Below, one piece after another: positions 58,928 to 64,000 of a stretch of 64,000 nt of DNA. The first letter of the stretch is position 1, and the number at the start of each line of letters is the position of its first letter. A model generated the notes under the pieces. The model did no database searches, was not told where the DNA came from, and worked only from the letters and a program-made list of their open reading frames with translations. Made by a program: the position numbers and the translations under genes. This DNA comes from Octopus vulgaris (lineage: Eukaryota), in contig OX597835.1 in the NCBI GenBank assembly GCA_951406725.2, positions 6,014,001 through 6,078,000 on the forward strand. Direction: 5' to 3'.

Positions 58928-59558
58928 TACACAGCCACTCCTGCGTTTATGTTTTTCAGTAACTTATCTGTACGTTGATTGTCTATTCTCTTCTTTGTTT
59001 TGTAGAAACGGTAATTTCAAATGTCATTAATAAGTATCTGTATATTGTGAATTGTCATTTGAATTAACGCTGTAGTGGATTTATATTTTTTTCTGTTTTG
59101 GATCCGTCTGGCATTCGGTTAATTTCTTTCTGTCATTATTTAATAGTCTGTTTCTGGACTATTTGTAAAGCGCTTTATATTTTTCTTAGAACACATTCAT
59201 TTCAATTTTGAATTCCTGAGGAAAAGCCGAAATTGTGATTTCAAAAGTATTATATTTCATTTTGTTTTGAATTAATTAGGCTTGGAAACAACTCGTAGAG
59301 TTTTTATTGGATATCTGTGCGAACTCGGAATTAACTAACGTCTACACTTCTATTTTTCATTTCCTTATTATACCTTGTGTGTGTGTAAGGGGGTGTAATA
59401 ATATATACAGCAGAAGTAACAGACGTCCCGAGAGTTTGTGAACGAAATTCTTGGACTTTGTGTCTCTGTGTTACTTCTGCTAAATATTAATTAAAATATA
59501 TATGTAGTTATATTTGGAGTTCTATTTTTCCTGTTTGTATCACCATACCCATGTATAG

Positions 59559-59604
<46 letters not shown>

Positions 59605-60024
59605 GATAGATAATACATACATACATACATACATACATACATACATACATACAAACATACATACATACATATATACATACATACATACATACGTACATAC
59701 ATACACACATACATATACATACATACATATATATGTGTGTGTGTGTATACATATATAAATACATATTATAGTTTCACTAGAGATTTCCTGAGTCAGGAAA
59801 TCTCTAGTGCGAATTTTTATCGATGTACGCCAAGAGACCCAGAACAGGTCGAAACATGTGTCGTACCCAATAAAATCTATTACTCTTCCCATCTATTCTA
59901 TTAATACTGTTAACCCAACCGCCGCTACGAAGTTCCTGCAATAAATCTACAGATAACAACAGATAACCGAAATTCTGCCGGTGCCTTACTCCTCATCTAT
60001 TTATACATTTTGCACAATTTCTCC

Positions 60025-60069
<45 letters not shown>

Positions 60070-60137
60070 CCAACTGTGTCTGTGTTCATGTATATATATA
60101 TATATATATACAACTGTGTCTGTGTTCATATGTATAT

Positions 60138-60168
<31 letters not shown>

Positions 60169-60300
60169 CAAATATGTGTATGTGTTTGTGTAATATACAT
60201 ACATATATACATATATGTACACGTATATATTGTATATATGTATATATTTTTATACATATATATGTATATATATATGTATATATATATGTATATGTATATA

Positions 60301-60357
<57 letters not shown>

Positions 60358-61006
60358 GTGTTTGTGTGTAGTTATGCATATATGCATATGTGTCTGACCT
60401 AATGGTACCTCGTGGTGTCATCTTCAAATAAGATAGGAATCAATATTATTTTTAATTTTTAGATCATAACTCAAGATGGATTACACCAATAAAAAGAACA
60501 TTAAGTTATGTTTTTGTTAGCGAACTATGTAAAAGTTATATCAGACGAAGATAAAAAAAGAGAGACAGATTTGAAAAGATAGCAAATTTACATAACACGT
60601 TACTTTTGAGTATTTTAATTAGAGAAACAAAATTAATACGAAACTGAAGTAAAATGATATCATAATAAATGAAAAAAATACAATATATAAATGTTATCTT
60701 AGAAAAAGTGTCCAGAAAATTGGTATGATAAATAATGTACAACTAATTTGAATTTTTGGTAATGAACAAGGAAAACATGAGACAAACTTGATCAATCAAG
60801 ATAAAATAGTTTATCTTGATGTTTGACTGCTTCATTGATTGGATGTTCTATTCCAGCAATCAGGGTTCGAGCTATGTCAAGGAAACAGCTTCTTCTCGTG
60901 TGGAGTTAACGTCAATTATTTAGCATCAGTGAAAATGAAGACCTTTAGGTGAGGAAGTAATGCAGATCGCCTTAAGTAAATAGAAAATTTGAAAGACGAT
61001 CATATA

Positions 61007-61386
61007 GCCGTAGGTGTGGCTGTGTGATAAGAAAATTGATTCCCAACCACATGGTTCCATGTTCAGTCCTACTGCGTTGCACCTTGGGTAAGTGTCTTCT
61101 AATATAGCTTTGGGCTGACCAAAGCCGTCTGAGTGGATTTTATAGTCGGGAACTGAAAGAAGTCCATCACGTGAGTGTGTGCGTGTGTTTATGTTTGTCC
61201 TGCCACTGCTGCTGGACAACATGTGTTGCCTTTGTCACATAACTGTTCAGCAAAAGGATTCGATAGAATAAAAACCTGACTTTTAAAAAAGTAAGTACTG
61301 GGATCGATTCATTCGACTAAACATTTTTCAAGGAGGTGCCCCAGCATGACCACAGTCTACTAACTGAAACAAGTAAAAGGTAAAAG
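61007..61386 (+). mobile_element. diverged (older) SINE family A
   Basis: GTGGCTGTGTGATAAG...CAACCACATGGTTCC...ACCTTGGGTAAGTGTCTTCT...ACTGAAACAAGTAAAAG. Confidence 0.85.
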
Positions 61387-61419
61387 TTAACTGGAAATAA
61401 ATTGAAATTACAGGCTGAA

Positions 61420-62045
61420 AACCAGAAGGCCAAGGTACGATGCCAGGATCAGATGGTGAACACACAGAAGAACCGTTGGTTTGCCGTGTCTCCAAAATAT
61501 GTCCCGATAGTGATAAAAATCAAACATCCAGTCAACATCATGGTGTTTGGTGTAATTACTAATGACGGCAATGTTATGCCTCCATCTTCCCACACAGCCT
61601 CAGACTCAACACGGAGATCTACATCAAGTGTCTGACGAGGCAGTGCTGCCCTGGGTGAAGATGGTGGTTGCTGGAAGACCCTACGTCTGGCAACAGGATT
61701 TTGCACCATGCCACACATGCAGGAGAACCCCGTCATGGCTGTCAGACAATTTCTACGACCATATCACTCCTTACTTCCCACACTGCAACCCCCTTGATTA
61801 TTATGTGTGAGATGCAGTTGAGCGAGGGACTAAGAAGATTCCTTGTAACACCAAAGATGAACTGAAGGCAAGGATTGTGGCAGCATTCACCAACACGCAG
61901 TCCGTCCAGAAGAGTCGCAAAAGAATCCGAAGTTGTCTGGAAGCCGTGGTTGATATTTGTATGTAATTTTGGTAAATGTATTTGTTAAAATGAGATGTCA
62001 GTGTTATTTTTAATTTTTGCGTAATTTAGACGACAATTTATTCTA
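61420..62045 (+). pseudogene. Tc1/mariner-superfamily (maT/DD37D-like) transposase relic
   Basis: NTQKNRW...KHPVNIMVFGVITNDGNVMPP; VLPWVKMVVAGRPYVWQQDFAPCHT; CNPLDYYV; NTKDELKARI; frameshifts present. Confidence 0.85.
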
Positions 62046-62417
62046 TATATATTGATTAGATTTACCATTGAGAAAAGAAAAAAATTTATTTGCTCATCAG
62101 AATTTAAGACCATAAAAAAACATTAGATGAGCGTTATGAGACAAAAAAGACCGTAGATTGTATTTTCGAATACAAAAAAAATAATATAAATAAACAGAAT
62201 GACTCCAGACCGTGTCAAATGGTTTAAACACTAACTCATAGAAAATAGGACAAATTCAACAACTTCAAATGGTTAAGTGTTACTCACAAAAAAATGCACA
62301 CATACAAATAGACGTTGCGCATTATATATACAGATCGATAATAAATACAAGTAAATAATCTAGCGGGACAGAAAAGCGTGGATGTTCGTGTGTGTACGAG
62401 TGTGTGTGTGTGTGTAC

Positions 62418-62493
<76 letters not shown>

Positions 62494-62773
62494 TTTCTGT
62501 GATGGCAGAAGAAATGAAAGAATGATGCCATGCTATGATCTGTTTTATGTCGATCTTTCAGCCTTCTGTTTGTATTAATGTGTATTGTTGTATGTGCCTG
62601 AAGATGAATGAATGTGTTGACGTGTATTTGTGTGTGGTTGTGCCGTTCACTCTCTTTTCTCTCCTTTCCTCCTACTTCAAATGGTTAAGTGTTACGCACA
62701 AAAAAACTTATAAATAACAAACACACGTAGCGTATTATATGCATATTGTCAAAAAATTATATAAGTTATATAA

Positions 62774-63089
62774 GGCGCAGGAGTGGCTGTGTGGTAAGTA
62801 GCTTGCTAACCAACCACATGGTTCCGGGTTTAGTCCCACTGCGTGGCATCTTGGGCAAGTGTCTTCTGCTATAGCCCCGGGCCGACCAATGCCTTGTGAG
62901 TGGATTTGGTAGACGGAAACTGAAAGAAGCCTGTCGTATATATGTATATATATATAAGTGTGTGTGTATATGTTTGTGTGTCTGTGTTTGTCCCCCTAGC
63001 ATTGCTTGACAACCGATGCTGGTGTGTTTACTTAGCGGTTCGGCAAAAGAGACCGATAGAATAAGTACTGGGCTTACAAAGAATAAGTC
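62774..63089 (+). mobile_element. SINE family A, 3'-truncated, abutting an old minus-strand SINE B (63098-63258)
   Basis: Ends at GAATAAGTC; followed by GTACTTATTTTATCCACCCCGAAAGG. Confidence 0.88.
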
Positions 63090-63466
63090 GGAGGGTTTAA
63101 GTCGATCACCGCAACCTCAGTGCTCGACTAGTACTTATTTTATCCACCCCGAAAGGGTCAAAGGTATAACTGACACCGCGGGGGGGATTTGAATTCAGAA
63201 TGTAAAGCCGGACGAAATGCTGTTTAGCATTTTGCTAGTGCAGTAACGATTCTGCCATCTTGTCGTTTTATAGGGGGCAAATATTGGCTGCTTTATTTTT
63301 ACAGTATACAATACGACATAGAAACATACTCACATGGCTAATCAAATCATTTATTCAACCTGGATCTTTGACTGCTAATTCTAGCACGACGAGCGGCCAC
63401 ATAGATGCTAGTCTATGCTCAATTCTATTTCCCATTCACCCGTTCTCCTCGAAGATTTGTCTTGTA

Positions 63467-63810
63467 AGGGGTAAGGGGTAAAGACCCCCTTCGGTCATGA
63501 ATGACCATGGGATTGCACCTAGAAAGTTACTCTCTGAGGCACAAGTCTGGGTAAGGTTGTTTATGGAAGACCAGCAGTCGCCCATGCATACCAGCCTCCC
63601 CTCTCCACGCCACCAGTGTTATCCAAGGGAAAGACAAAGGGGCCGATACAGCTTGGCACCAGTGACGTCGCAACTCATTTCTACAGCTGAGTGAACTGGA
63701 GCAACGTGAAAATAAAGTGCTTTGCTCAAGAACACAACACGCAGCGCGGTCCGGGATTCGAGCTCACAACCTCACGATCGTAAGTTCGACGCTCTAACCA
63801 CTGAGCCATG
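63467..63810 (-). mobile_element. tRNA/CORE-type SINE with (TACCCCT)n tail, full length
   Basis: Head CATGGCTCAGTGGTTAGAGCG...GAGCTCGAATCCC; CORE-like TGTGTTCTTGAGCAA..CACTTTA..TCACGTTGCTCCAGTTCACTCAGCTG; direct repeat CTCCTCGAAGATTTGTCTTGTA at 63445-63466 and 63811-63832. Confidence 0.92.
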
Positions 63811-64000
63811 CTCCTCGAAGATTTGTCTTGTACTCAGCCAAAGAATATGGCGGTGTTCTTTAAGACCGAAACCGAGACGAGTAATAAATACAACCGTGAC
63901 GTTTATATTCCTTTATCGTTGATAGTTTTTTAAGATAATTCCCAACAGAAATATTAGATTGTCGAAAGCAGCCATTGAAAACGTATCATAAATGTAGTCA

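Noticed and set aside
63735-63810. tRNA genes (also near 6510, 28530 and 36310)
   Set aside because: tRNA-like heads run into SINE bodies and lack a proper acceptor stem and terminator

Overview
AT-rich, microsatellite-saturated eukaryotic non-coding DNA with no confidently identifiable host protein-coding gene. The repeat repertoire (tRNA-headed CORE-type SINEs, dense (TA)n/(TG)n/(GATA)n/(TAA)n tracts) suggests an octopus/cephalopod intron or intergenic region; this is an inference from recalled repeat families. Nearly all ORFs in the track are microsatellite or SINE artefacts. The real content is transposable elements: several modular SINE families (about 25 copies or fragments), three 5'-truncated L1/Tx1-like LINEs next to (GATA)n tracts, two R4/Dong-like LINE ends in (TAA)n, a Penelope-like RT remnant, minimal hammerhead-ribozyme motifs, Helitron-like elements, mariner, maT-like, hAT and piggyBac-like transposase relics, and a 2.1-kb 33/35-bp minisatellite. 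The most notable observations are: (1) a 5.8S rRNA fragment fused to a tRNA-SINE, inserted as one unit between perfect 15-bp target-site duplications; (2) a SINE whose 3' end matches the (GATA)n-associated Tx1-like LINE; (3) a fold-back element combining a Pol III B-box head with a hammerhead motif. Family letters A-E are my own labels; coordinates were counted by hand and may be off by a few bases.
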